This document shows positions 1 to 11,400 of a DNA stretch of 64,000 nucleotides, piece after piece (positions within the stretch are counted from its first letter, which is position 1; every line of letters begins with the position of its first letter). Both the position numbers and the translations under genes were made by a program. The notes under the pieces were generated by a model that saw only the letters and a program-made list of their open reading frames with translations, was not told the origin of the DNA and did no database searches. The DNA lies in the NCBI GenBank assembly GCA_964199315.1, contig OZ116702.1, forward strand, positions 22,010,001 through 22,074,000, written 5' to 3'. Source of the DNA: Orbicella franksi (lineage: Eukaryota).

Positions 1-170
1 ACTTCATCTCAGTATATTGTTATTTTCGGATTCTACAATTTATTAGCTTTACGATATGTATAGTTTACAGAGGGTTTCTTTAAGGCAGTGTGCAAAGAAA
101 GCATTTTCCGGAAGGCACCCCTGAAGGTCTATAGTAATCTCAATAAATCTCCTGGAGAACTCACTTCTCA

Positions 171-879
171 AAATCACATCGAACAGAGCAGTGAAATCAA
201 AAATATCGGTTAATGATTCAAGTTCTTCATGGGTCACACAAAACCCTCAGGTCACAGATCATGAAGAATAATTCGGCGAAGCGATCGTGAAATCAATGAT
301 CATTTCAAACAGAGCTTGATGATGAACCAGAGCAACAATTTGCACAAGATCATTTCAATCAATTAAAAAAAGCCATCCAAGAGGGGTTGTCAAGGGAAGG
401 AAAAATGTCAAAGCCAGTGTTGACCCAGCAGACCTGACTAGCATTGTTTGGCTTTGGTGATCAAAAAGGAAATTATTGTCCACTAGTTATTCAGCTTGTG
501 TGGCATATACTAGTCAAGAGGGTTTTGCAGGGATATACTCATGATGTGTGATTAGCTGATTTTCTTTACTGTAAAATGTGAATTTAAGAATAGTTCTTAA
601 AATCCCATCGAACAGAGCGGTGAAATCAAAAATATCGGTTAATGATTCAAGTTCTTCATGGGTCACGCAAAACCCTCAGGTCACGGATCATGAAGAATAA
701 TTCAGTGAAGCGATCATAAAATCGATGATCATTTCAAACAGAGCTTGATGATGAACCAGAGCAACAATTTGCACAAGATCGTTTCAATCAATTAAAAAAA
801 GCCGTCCAAGACGGGTTGTCAAGGGAAGGAAAAATGTTGAAGCCGCGTTGAACCAGCGGATCTGACTACCACTGTTTGG
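171..879. repeat. Two ~280-bp direct repeats (171-451 and 600-879)
   Basis: Block AAATC(A/C)CATCGAACAGAGC...TGTTTGG occurs twice at an offset of ~429 bp with scattered substitutions. Confidence 0.9.
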
Positions 880-970
880 TGGTTTAAATCGACAAATAGG
901 TTTTTCTTGTTAACAAAACAATTATAAAAAGAACAGCAAAAAAAACAAAAAAAAAAAGAAAAGAAAACCA

Positions 971-1060
971 GGGGAAAAATTCAGGATTTGAACCAACACT
1001 CGAAGAAGAATTTCACTGTGAGCACACACCTGCACGCGTTTTAATCACTTGCACCACATT
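971..1060 (-). mobile_element. Degenerate tRNA-derived (SINE-like) head
   Basis: Minus strand has an A-box-like TGGTGCAAGTGA (1056-1045), a B-box-like GGTTCAAATCC (994-984), then TTTTT; no clean cloverleaf. Confidence 0.5.
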
Positions 1061-1320
1061 AACACATACTAATATAAAGTGAAAATTGAAATAATGATTT
1101 CCTCTTGTTCCGCCTCGTTGCATTCATCGTGCATGCTTCGATATTTTGTCCTCATTTTTCCCAGAAACAAAGTGCAAACCAGCCAAAAAAAATACAGGAA
1201 AATGCTTTACTACTAAATTGAAAAGCACATGCAAAAATTCAAGCACTTTTGAAGGAAAAAAAATTTCACCCGAAAAAGTCACGTATGCCAGTCTTGCACC
1301 AACCCATTCAATTGTGTTAT

Positions 1321-1974
1321 GTATAATTTTCAGAGCTGAAGAAAGAGAACTACAGAATAACAGACTAAAACATAAAAACACAAAAACACGAAGAAAATTG
1401 TTTGTTTGCATACACGTATGCAGCCTTAGTTTTAGTAATAAGCTTACATGTACATCGATTGCGAATCAGTTTACTCATCGAGTTTGGCAGTAAAACAAAC
1501 AAGCAGAACACTATGAAAAATAAGTTCATCTGGTACCTTTGTTTTACTGTTGTTGACTTCATTCACAGTTGTCATAATTGTCTGAAAATGGGTAGTTTTA
1601 GTGTGAAGAAAAATTAATTTCGGTCAGTCAATCTGACCTGCTGGCGATCAACATAACCAATGCATTTACGATTCTTAAATTCCTTGAATACGAGTTCTTG
1701 AAAGGCTTTTTGGTCCAAGGGCGACAGCAGTCATTTTGGAAATTATCCATCCTTTCAAATATCCTGGACTTGGAGTGATGTCTTCTGAATAAATGCAAAA
1801 TTCATTGAGCAACTGTCTGCGATGTTTACTTGCTGAGATGGCAATCAATGTACATGTAAACTTATTACTAAAGCCAAGGCTGCATATGTGTATGCAAAGA
1901 AACAATTTTCTTTGTGTTTTTATGTTTCAGTCTGTTATTCTGTAGGTCTCTTTCTTCAGCTCTGAAAATTATAC
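1321..1974. repeat. Foldback element with ~140-bp imperfect inverted arms
   Basis: 1321-1461 (GTATAATTTTCAGAGCTGAAGAAAGAGA...) is the reverse complement of ~1841-1974 (...TCTCTTTCTTCAGCTCTGAAAATTATAC). Confidence 0.8.
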
Positions 1975-1977
1975 TAA

Positions 1978-2084
1978 AACAATTATTTGCCTCAGTCTCA
2001 GTGAACATTGGTGAATATTCACCTCAACTTCGTCTCGGTGAATATTTACCGATGTTCACCTCGCCTTCGGTGAATAATATTGTT
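1978..2084. repeat. ~105-bp hairpin repeat with AACAATTATT...AATAATATTGTT ends
   Basis: Inner arms GTGAACATTGGTGAATATTCACC / GGTGAATATTTACCGATGTTCAC around a central CTCAACTTCGTCTC. Confidence 0.75.
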
Positions 2085-3490
2085 TAATAGTGAATATCTA
2101 CCTTGCCACTCTGGGGCTTACCTCCATTGTAGGGAATAATATTGTTAGTTATTGTGAGGTAGGACAGGGGGGAAGAACCTAGGAGTCAAAGGGGTAACAG
2201 CTTTACAAGAGGCAGGAGAAGAAATGGAAAAAGTAGGATTTCAAAGATGGTGGGAAACAGGTGAAATAGGGGAGAATTGTGCAACATTACATGATATTTA
2301 ACAATACAAAACACCAACAGATGGGAGCCACTCAGGAAGCCGTTTGTGCTCCCAGAGGGTTTTGTGGCTGACTACTCCCCACCCCTCCCCCCTCCCCAAA
2401 TCCATTTGAAGATTCCAGTTCTGGTACATACTTTCTTTTAAACAATTTTGACATTTAAGAGCCCCATCCCCCTTATAATTTTCTACTAACCCTCCTAGGG
2501 GTAGGTATGCATATTTTCTGTAGCTGCACATTTGCTCCAAGTATGCACTGTCCACAGTCTCTAGCGTGTGGAGGTAAACACGTTAAAAATGCAAGAGAAA
2601 CATTTGATGCCTAACAATTTGAGGGTTTTTAATGTTCTGTGGTTTTTATGATTTACAAAGCATGCACAAGATTTTAGTCATCAAATTTGCTGGTAGGCGA
2701 AGGATTTCCACACAAATGTCACTAAAATTCCCCACTACTCCATTTCCTGGTTTGCATCCAAAATGAAAACCCTAACTGTGACTTTGCTAGTGATGCAATA
2801 ACGTTCGAATTTAATCAGTGAATTATTTTACTTAGTATCTCTAGTTGTTAATTCATGCCTGTTTTAAAATTTGAATTTGTTGTGACTTGTTAGGCAATCG
2901 CAATACATTTACTGCAACTTCCACCAAGAATATGCAGTTGTCGTAACTGTCAGAAACCGTGGAGGGGTCTGTTCACAATAGAATCCCTCAAGGGTTCGAC
3001 GAAACTAGTCATTGAGAAGCAATATTATTTGTCTCAAGTGAAAGAAACAACGCTCGTTAGGGAGGACTGAAAACAGCTTGAAACTCAGTTACAGCAGGTG
3101 TTGCTTATACAGGAGCGACCAATTGAAATGCTTTCAAAAATGTCAAAAATGAAAACAAATAGAAAAAGGTGACCTACCCTAAGCAACTTTCCAAATTACT
3201 CACTTTTGTCTTGCAAATAAGTTAGAGCTGCTTCGAACTTTTCTCTCTTTCCTTTCAACGTGTACATCACGTGTGTACATTTTCACTTTCTGTCCACCAT
3301 TTTCATTTTCGGAGAGACTGGGTTCGAATTCCACAGATTAAAACTCGATGATTTATATCTAGCTTTGCCTTTTTCGTCCGAGTAAGCTCACATCGTTGAA
3401 GACAGCCGTCAATAATGTTTGATCTTTAAAATGTCTCTGTTGGGGTTTGGATGAAAGTTGGCTTCTCAAAAGCGGTAAAGAAAATATGGT

Positions 3491-3560
3491 TAATAATAAT
3501 AAATAATAATAAATAAATATTTATATAGCGCCTATCCATGCCTGCTCTAGGCGCTGTACA
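3491..3560 (-). mobile_element. 3' tail of an L2/CR1-type LINE or partner SINE
   Basis: Minus strand shows the stem-loop CAGCGCCTA-N-TAGGCGCTA followed by an (ATT/TATT)n tail, the typical L2-clade 3' end layout. Confidence 0.55.
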
Positions 3561-3945
3561 ATTCGCCAAAATGAGCTGTACTAATCTTAATAATTAAAAA
3601 TGTGCATTTAAGAAAGTAATAGAAAGTAAGAATCGCTAAGAATAATAAGTTTTCTTAAAAAGATGAGTTTTGAGTTTAGATGGTTATTTCACAGTGACGT
3701 CTCTCTCGGAGGCATCTTCAATCGATCGTTTCTCGAAAGGGTTGAATTTTGGCTAACGCGTCAACGGGGGCGGAGGGAATAAGATATACCATGGCATGGC
3801 CCAAGGTTACCATCTTCATAATATTAAATTTGGGAAAGCAAGAACGGGCGCAAACCTCAAAGAAAAAGCAAGCTCGGTTGATGAATAGAACTAGCCAGGA
3901 TTGTCGACTATTAATGGAAGACGGGGACTTGGAAATTTGCGGGTC

Positions 3946-4131
3946 ATAGACCTTTTTCATAGATGGCTGTCAATTTTAAGTTCTTTTGTATGTATTTGAA
4001 TTAGCCTCACTAAACTCGTTTGAGAGTAAACATTCTTTTGAATTATCAACTTAAAAACAAGGTTACTCAGGCTAATTGTAATATTTACAAAAAATATATA
4101 TAATTGGCAGCCATTTATGAAAAGAGTCTAT
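3946..4131. mobile_element. MITE, ATAGAC-ended family (second copy at 36706-36857)
   Basis: Imperfect TIR ATAGACCTTTTTCATAGATGGCTG / CAGCCATTTATGAAAAGAGTCTAT. Confidence 0.7.
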
Positions 4132-4195
4132 AGCCATGCAATGTTGTCTTTGTTTCTTTGACGCAGAAGGACATGTGACAACGCTTTTGCGTTTA

Positions 4196-4821
4196 CCGTG
4201 TAGCACTTTTATTTTGCGAGGTTTAGTTTTTGAGAATTTTGCGGATGGTACTTGATCCGCAAAAATAAGTTCCAGCAGAAAAAAAAAGACACCAGCAAAA
4301 TTAAAAACCACAAAAATTTACTCCCGTTAATATAATCAAAAATGGCTTTTAATCCACTTGTGTTGCTGTATATCATGTATTAGGGTAAAAAGAACGTTTA
4401 TTTTGATATTTGCATTGAGAAAAAGCAATCGGAACTTGCTACAAACAAAACGAAACGATAAAAGGTTAGGTTAATACTTTTCCAGTCTCTGTGGCACAAG
4501 AAACGAACTCAAAGCAGTCAAAAGGTCACGTTAAACTTGCTCGAACGGGTCATCCGAAGGGACACCATTTTCTAAGGCCTCTAGGATGCCACATTTCTCA
4601 TTCGGAAAACTGTAGACTGTTGTTTTACCTAAAAAAGTATTAAAAGTTGAAAATATTACGTTTCCTTCCTTGTTGATGTCTCGCTGCTTGAAAAGGAAAC
4701 CGCAAAAATTAGTTTCTAGTGGAAATTTCAGTCAATCCGAGCGCAAAAGTTTGTTCCCGCGAACCTCAAAAAGTCGCCAATCCGCAAAATAAAAGTCCCG
4801 CAAAAATCTCATGCTATACAG
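4196..4821. mobile_element. Tc1/mariner-pogo-like MITE
   Basis: TA at both flanks (4194-4195, 4822-4823); imperfect TIR CCGTGTAGCAC / GCTATACAG; subterminal CCGCAAAA repeats. Confidence 0.6.
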
Positions 4822-5225
4822 TATATATTTTACTACTACTGAACGAAATTTTTCAAGCTTTTTGTCAGCGAATCCAAGACCTCTACCCCTCCACTCCTTT
4901 CAGAATGCCTCCCCCCAGTTGCTTGTCTTAGTAAGGTCTTGCGACTTTTTAACATTAGTTCCCCTTTCTGTTTTCATTTCAGAGGTGTGCCACTACAACA
5001 GTTCTACGACCTGACACAACTCAAGCGAAGTAAAGTGAGGTGGAACGACGAATTGTAAGTGTGTTTATTGCATCTTGTGAAGACTTACAAAAAATCCAAG
5101 CAAAAGTATCCAAAGTCTTTAAAACCAGTTTAAGGAAATCGGTTGCCTATCTCCAGCTACGCCTGGTTCTTTATAATTAAGCTAATCCAGGATTGTCTTG
5201 AATTGTTCTAAAACCGTTGCTTTAA

Positions 5226-5459
5226 AGGAGCTCAATCACGGTATTTTGAGTTATTTTGGCCACATACTAAATTACCTTTAAATGGTAGGAAACCTGAAAA
5301 TCACAGTTTAATAAGATAGGAAAACACCAAAGAGATAATGATAAACCATAAAGGAACAAGGATGACTAAGGATGGAGAAGATTTACATGGATTACAAACG
5401 ACGAATTTGAAAAATTGAGGCTAAACTTTTCAATATGCGCAAACCATGACTGAGCTCCT
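5226..5459. mobile_element. Kolobok-like MITE
   Basis: TTAA then AGGAGCTCAATCACG at the left; CATGACTGAGCTCCT at the right; right TSD degenerate. Confidence 0.55.
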
Positions 5460-5681
5460 GAAATGATGGCTTTAAACGAAGCTAATATATTTGCGGCCCC
5501 GGTAGGGGGGTCTCCGTATCCCAAATCCCGTTAGGTTTTGTCTAAATATCCCTTATCCTTTAACTCCAGTTGAAAAAACTAACGTTTTTCCAACTCTATA
5601 TCGCGTTTTATCTGATCTAAATATCGCATTTCCCATTAATTTTTGCCCCAAATGTCCTGTATCCCGTTAATTTTTTACCTG

Positions 5682-6335
5682 AAGGACGTTCGCGCTAATT
5701 GTTTCTGGGCATCCTTACTGCGCACGCAAATTCACACGCCACGTCATGCATCGATGCGCGCGCTAAGTGATAAAATGAACAATGATAGGGCAGATGGCCA
5801 TTGCTATAGCTTTGCCTGGATTTAACGATCTTGGACGTTCGGTGACCCCTATTTTTCTTTTCATGGATCATTTTCTCTACCGATTTTCTACGTTAAGCGA
5901 AAAAATGAAGAAAATCTATCGATTAGAAGCTTGAATTTTTTGTCAAATGCACCATCGAATCCATTATTTGTAGCTCACCGTTTATCTGTGCAGCGGTTTC
6001 AAATGCCTCTTGAAGGGTTAAGTTTTGTGAAAACGTTGGTAACATTTGGAATTATTTACGCAACAGACCCTCTTCTACAAAATATGACTAAGATCGCTTG
6101 CCTCCGTCGACTCACCTTCGACATTTTTAACCGCTATAAACCCCTGTAGACCAAGCTGAATTACGTGCGCCAATGTGTCAAAATCAGGGTAGTTTTCCAC
6201 ACGCTTTATCTCTGAAACGAAGTCGGTGATCCCCATTTTTTGTTTTCATTTGTGACACGAGTAACTCGTTATCTGACTGCAGTAAAAAATTTTTAAAAAA
6301 TCTATCGGCTGTAAAATTTTAGCGCGAACGTCCTT
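5682..6335. mobile_element. Kolobok-like MITE nested in another MITE (~5494-6357)
   Basis: Perfect 17-bp inverted ends AAGGACGTTCGCGCTAA / TTAGCGCGAACGTCCTT; TTAA at the right, TGAA at the left. GG..CC termini with a TTAA target fit Kolobok rather than piggyBac (CCY). Confidence 0.75.
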
Positions 6336-7689
6336 AACATCCCTAATAGGGCCTCATACTTCCTTCTTTTTCCCTTGGAGGTTGCCAAGGCCCACAACAG
6401 CAGCTGTGCAGTGAGTCATTAATTTTATAAATTGTGATTCCTAGTTAACTAATACGGACGACAATTTTCTAAGAAAAAAAAATCCGTCTCGTTCCAGAAT
6501 AATTCCGGCGAGTTCTTAGCCACACAATCGATAATTTCCCCCAGCTCGCAAAGCATTACCCCTGGGTTTGCTGGCGGTTTTCTTAATCATTCTTCAAGTA
6601 ATTATATTCGTGATATTAAACTCGTCATCAAGGATTAACGGAAATTTACTTAACGACAGCAACCTCAAAAAGTTTGACTAATCAGAACTGATTTAACTCG
6701 GTGAGTTACGTACCGTTTTTTTTTTCGTGAATTGAGGACTAGAATGAATGGAACAGTAATCGACACAAAATTTTGTACTAACTATCTCTCCAAACTCACG
6801 TAAATGAAGTCACCTCCCTGTGTGGTGGAAGAACTTCAATGAAGGTTCGATTCCAGGTTTCAATCAATGGTTGCTTAACTGTTTTAACATGTGCAATGTT
6901 GTGTCTGGTCTTGTTGTTTGTGTTTTGTTCTCCACGTTTGTTACAGGTTTGACTGTTGAAAGCGTTTCAATTTATTGCGCTTGCGTATCTTGCATTGGTA
7001 AGGTAGTTTACGTATTACTTAGCATGTTCCTTTGTGCTGCATTCTTATGGCAACAAGATCTTGGAACAAATATCCTCGCCAAACACCACGGTATAACCAG
7101 TCACAACTATTTAAACAGGCGCAGGCGTTGTCAAGCGCGGGAAAAGCCAGTTTACGAGGGTCTTACGTTTGAACATCTTTGCTCTCTGATTGGGCAAAGA
7201 ATGTTTCACCAGTTTTATGACATGACAATCAGACGATGACTTTCCAAAGTCGTCACAGAGCTGCAAACTAAAAGCGAGTGCGTGAGATTACGCAAGTTCT
7301 GACGACAGTATTTCTACCCAAGAGACAGTGATCTTTACTCTTCCAACAGCGACAGTATCGCCAATCCTATACCTGAAAGGGTTAATTGATGGTAAAAATA
7401 ATAGCTGATTTCTTTATTTACAGTAAAACTTTGATAAAGAACTTGCTCTTTGAAAGACAGTTTCTGCAATTGCTTGCTTTGTAAAATTTACATTTTTAAT
7501 CAGATTCTCATTTGTTACTCTCCTTCATACAACAATAAAGTGAAGTAGTTCTTCTTTGTTTCCAAGGTTGAGAATCTGTTTCGCATATTGAGAAGTCAGG
7601 TATAGGATTTGCTAACACTGTCTCTTTCTTCCTGCAGAGAAGGTCAAATTACTCTTCCTTTCCCTAAGGAGTCTCCCCTGAGTTCACAC

Positions 7690-7881
7690 ATGTCCCGTCA
7701 GGTTATGTTTCCAAGTCCAAACCCAGCAGAGCGACATTCCCAAACCAAGATTACTTCACCCACCCCTCCCCCACTGATTGTCAACAAGGCCATGGGGAGC
7801 TTTGCACGCCGGGAAGTGGTAACACCCATGATCAATTCCAGGACTTCTCCTCCAGCACAGCATCAAGCCCGACCTTTAGCG
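7690..7881 (+). CDS. Small unknown protein, first coding part (exon 7638-7881)
   Basis: Polypyrimidine-CAG acceptor at 7637, ATG at 7690, donor GCG|GTATGT at 7882; only one frame is open across the exon (MSRQVMFPSPNP...ARPLA). Confidence 0.55.
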
Positions 7882-8348
7882 GTATGTGACACGTGATTTG
7901 TATACGAAAGAATAGGGATAGTAATATGCGACAGGTCCGAAAATCACGAGATAACAGCTTTTGAGTTTTCTGATTCGATAAGAAACATATTTGCTTAATG
8001 AATATCGCTTCCGGTCAGAATCTACCCCTCTTTTGTACCTCTGTTACAATATCTCTAGTTCTGTAGGTGCTCTAATAAACGGTTTTAGTTTACGGTCTAC
8101 TTAAATTCTCTAGAGGTACCTTTTCCTCGCGCCTGGTACCCGCTGTATAAGAGTGACTGGCGGCTCTGGGAACAGGAATGGACTATCCCAGCCAGGGCTT
8201 AAAACTAAGGCCTCTTAACCCTAGATCAAACGTGCTGACTATATACTGAGGACCTCCCAAAAAGTGAATTATTCAGTTCGTCTGTATCAGATATCAAAAC
8301 ACCAAAACAAAAAGTTTGAAATTTGCATAATTTTTCTTTATTTTCAAG

Positions 8349-8477
8349 GCATCAAACAATTGGTTTTCCAAACATGACGTCATCAACCAGTTCAATACAC
8401 TCCACCCCAGCAGAACTCCCACAATTCGACTGAACATCCAGAGACGGAGGCGTGCAGACTGGCAACTAGTTTATTAA
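8349..8477 (+). CDS. Small unknown protein, terminal exon (106 aa total from ATG 7690)
   Basis: TTTTTCTTTATTTTCAAG acceptor; phase 0 joins in frame (ASNNWFSKHDVINQFNTLHPSRTPTIRLNIQRRRRADWQLVY*); AATAAA at 8750 and 8851. Confidence 0.55.
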   Translation, partial: ASNNWFSKHDVINQFNTLHPSRTPTIRLNIQRRRRADWQLVY

Positions 8478-11400
8478 CACATATTCGGAACCAATGAGAG
8501 CCAAGAATGACTGTTAACGTTCAAGGAGGACCTCAGAAACACGCTACAAGTTTTACTAGTGGAAAAAGAAAATATTGCTCCTTCAGTGTTTTCGAGACGT
8601 TTTAAAACAGAAAATATTTCGCTACAAGGTAGAAAGTGTCTGCTATGATATTTCCGTGTGTTACAGTGTGTTCATGATATAATTCCTTTCGCTAACTTGT
8701 ATTAATTTTGCTGAAATTGTAAGATTTTAAACTATCATTAGTATTATTTAATAAAGAAAGGCAACATGCATTGTTAAGTTTGAAAATTGATTTTAGATTT
8801 TGCGCTAAGATCGCAGCCACCATTCGTGTGACTAGACTTGCATTACTACTAATAAATCAAAGCCAAATCCTCGCTTTTTAAAATTGCTGAGAAAATCATT
8901 GCTATCTCCGTGCCTTTTTCTTTAATTTAGTGAATGTGATCACAGACAGTTAAAGAAAGTCAAATAGGACAAATGCGAACTGACTCCAAACTGAAATGAA
9001 GTAACTGGTTAAAATGGCAGCTTTTTTTAGCCCTTCTCGGTTGTTATATCGAAGGAAATACTTGCTTCGAAAACGGCAACATTTCTCGGTGGAAAAGCAC
9101 AATCTGTGTATAATTATGAGGTCTTAAACTCCAGTCAACAAAAAACACTTTTAACTACTCCTGACTAACCTTCCGTTGGCATCTCCAAGTTGAATTTCAG
9201 TATTTGTAGATTCGACTTTTTTGCGTTTCACAGAAAGGGGAGTCGGTACCCAGGCCTTGATCCGCCTCCTTTCGCTCTCAAGAGAGCTAAAAATCTGTCT
9301 CTGGAGAAACTTACAGCTTATATACGTAACCATAACTCTCGAGTTTTTACTTTGTCAAACACACAATTAGTCTACTTTCTACGAATTTGCTGCTTTCTCT
9401 ACGTACTCTACTTTTAGAAACAATACTTGCAATATTTTGAGAACAATACTTATACTTATATGTGGCCATCTCGGCCTCTTGTTTCTTACGTTCGTGCGTG
9501 AAAACGATTTGTAGAGGGAATGCCAGACCGTTTCTTGAGTAGTTTTCAACTTGGTTTCTTTATATTGACTGATTTTACACTTTTCTGACGTGGCACTACA
9601 TTTTCCAGAAGACACCAGCAACGCTGAAATACTCTGGAAGTGGCACTATGAAGAATTTGCTGAATACGTGTAAATGGTGATTTGGCGAGTTCCCCGAAGA
9701 CTTGCGAAATCCGTACCCTTTTATACACCCGAAGCCTGCTGGAAAAGGTACCTCTTTCGGGCAGAGCCTCCCCGTATAGGGAGTATCCGCCTGGGGGCGA
9801 GTTAGACCAGATTGAGCACGGCCGGGTTGGGGACACTTGTTTCGTTTCGCCGTTCAAAATTTCTCACAGATAACCTAACTCACTCTCTCGAAAACAAAAA
9901 CAAACAAACAAACAAAAAAAAACATTTCACGTCAACTCTTTGTTTTGTGACAGAAAATTTGAAAAGAGGTTAAGGTCTGTGAAGGTTTTCAGTGAAATCT
10001 TTCGAATTGAGATTACAAACAGTTAACCATGCGATGGCGTTTACATCCCTTTGGTTTAAAGACAATTTTTTCAAAATTAGATTTTTGTCGGGCGAGTTGG
10101 TCTCGGGAGTGTGCCCAGCCTTTTGCAGGGGAGGGGGGGGGGGGGGAAGGGGTCAATCTCTTTCGAATTTTGTCACCTGAAGAAAGAAAGCCGTTCAAAA
10201 CACGTGCGCATGTCACGTTTTAAAATTAATTAAAATTAACTAAATTTCTTTAGACTATGTAAACCAGCATCAACTTCCGGAGGTATCCTGTGGGTTCGTA
10301 GACCTGAAGTCGGTGACGTGCTCTCAATCACACAATTTGAAATTTAAAATTTGGAGAGGGGGATTCCGGAACCCCTGAAACTCTCCCTTGGGGTACCCCC
10401 TATGTCTAGTTTGAAATACTACTGAGGATGTCCAGGATTGTGAATCAATATTGAAAAATCTCAGACATAAAAGCACACGCGCTTTTCGCCCAGCAAAACA
10501 GACAACGAAGACAGTACTGCCATTAACACCTTTCTTCCCAGTTGTCAACACCTTTCCGTTGTAATGTTGCGTGAAAATATTTTTATTTCCGAAATATTTT
10601 GACATCCTCTCAAGTCGCGTGTGCCATGATGGTCCGCCAGACATGCTTCTGTTATCACCAGCGGATCTTGAAAGTGTATCAAAGGATTTGTTCGTGTGCA
10701 AAACCTTTTAACACCTTTAAGTATGACGTCAAACCCTCGTTCTTATGGTACCACACCTCAGGCAGAAATCTCGAACAGGAAATCATTCATAGAGAAAAAA
10801 ATGTTGCTTGATTTTCAGTATTCTGTCAAGTTAAGCTTCTGTTTATTTGATGGCGGGTCTCAAAGACGACTGCATAAAGTTTAATTACATTCTCTCAGTA
10901 GCTTAGAATCTCAAAAATGAGTTGGTTAAGTAAAGTCGAAAACAGTTTGTAAACAAATTATCTTGAATGTTATCTTGCTTATAAAAATTACCATTGCTAA
11001 TTAATTAAGGGCTGTGCTTTTTGTTTTTATGTTAGCCCATTAGGCAGACCTGGTTCTTTTTAGAGGCTATCTGTTTTGAAATCATTTCAAGTTTTTGTAT
11101 ATATATCACAATCATGATTATTCTGCTCTAGAGCTAAAGAAGCAAGATTAACCAGAGAGGAGAAATTTCAACAAACGCGAGTGTAAAAGGCAATAAACGC
11201 CTTTCTATTTTGGAAGCGATCACTGAGTTTGCACAACTGATGAATGTCAGTGACGGACGACTTAAACTCGTGGAGTATTTCAGCGAGCAATTCAAATGAA
11301 TGCTATCTAAAATTACGACCTGTGTTGTTCCATGTTCTTCAAGAAACTTTCAGTGGTCTTTCACGAGCACCACTTTATTATGGTACCAAGTTGGTAAGGA

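Noticed and set aside
6820-7239. 139-aa hydrophobic ORF
   Set aside because: Spans T-rich intron sequence and a common repeat (~7120-7210); only the 51-nt micro-exon is plausible.
10131-10150. G-runs as functional G-quadruplexes (also ~14170, 42181-42222, 62775)
   Set aside because: Mostly inside MITE-like sequence or homopolymers of uncertain length; no independent support.
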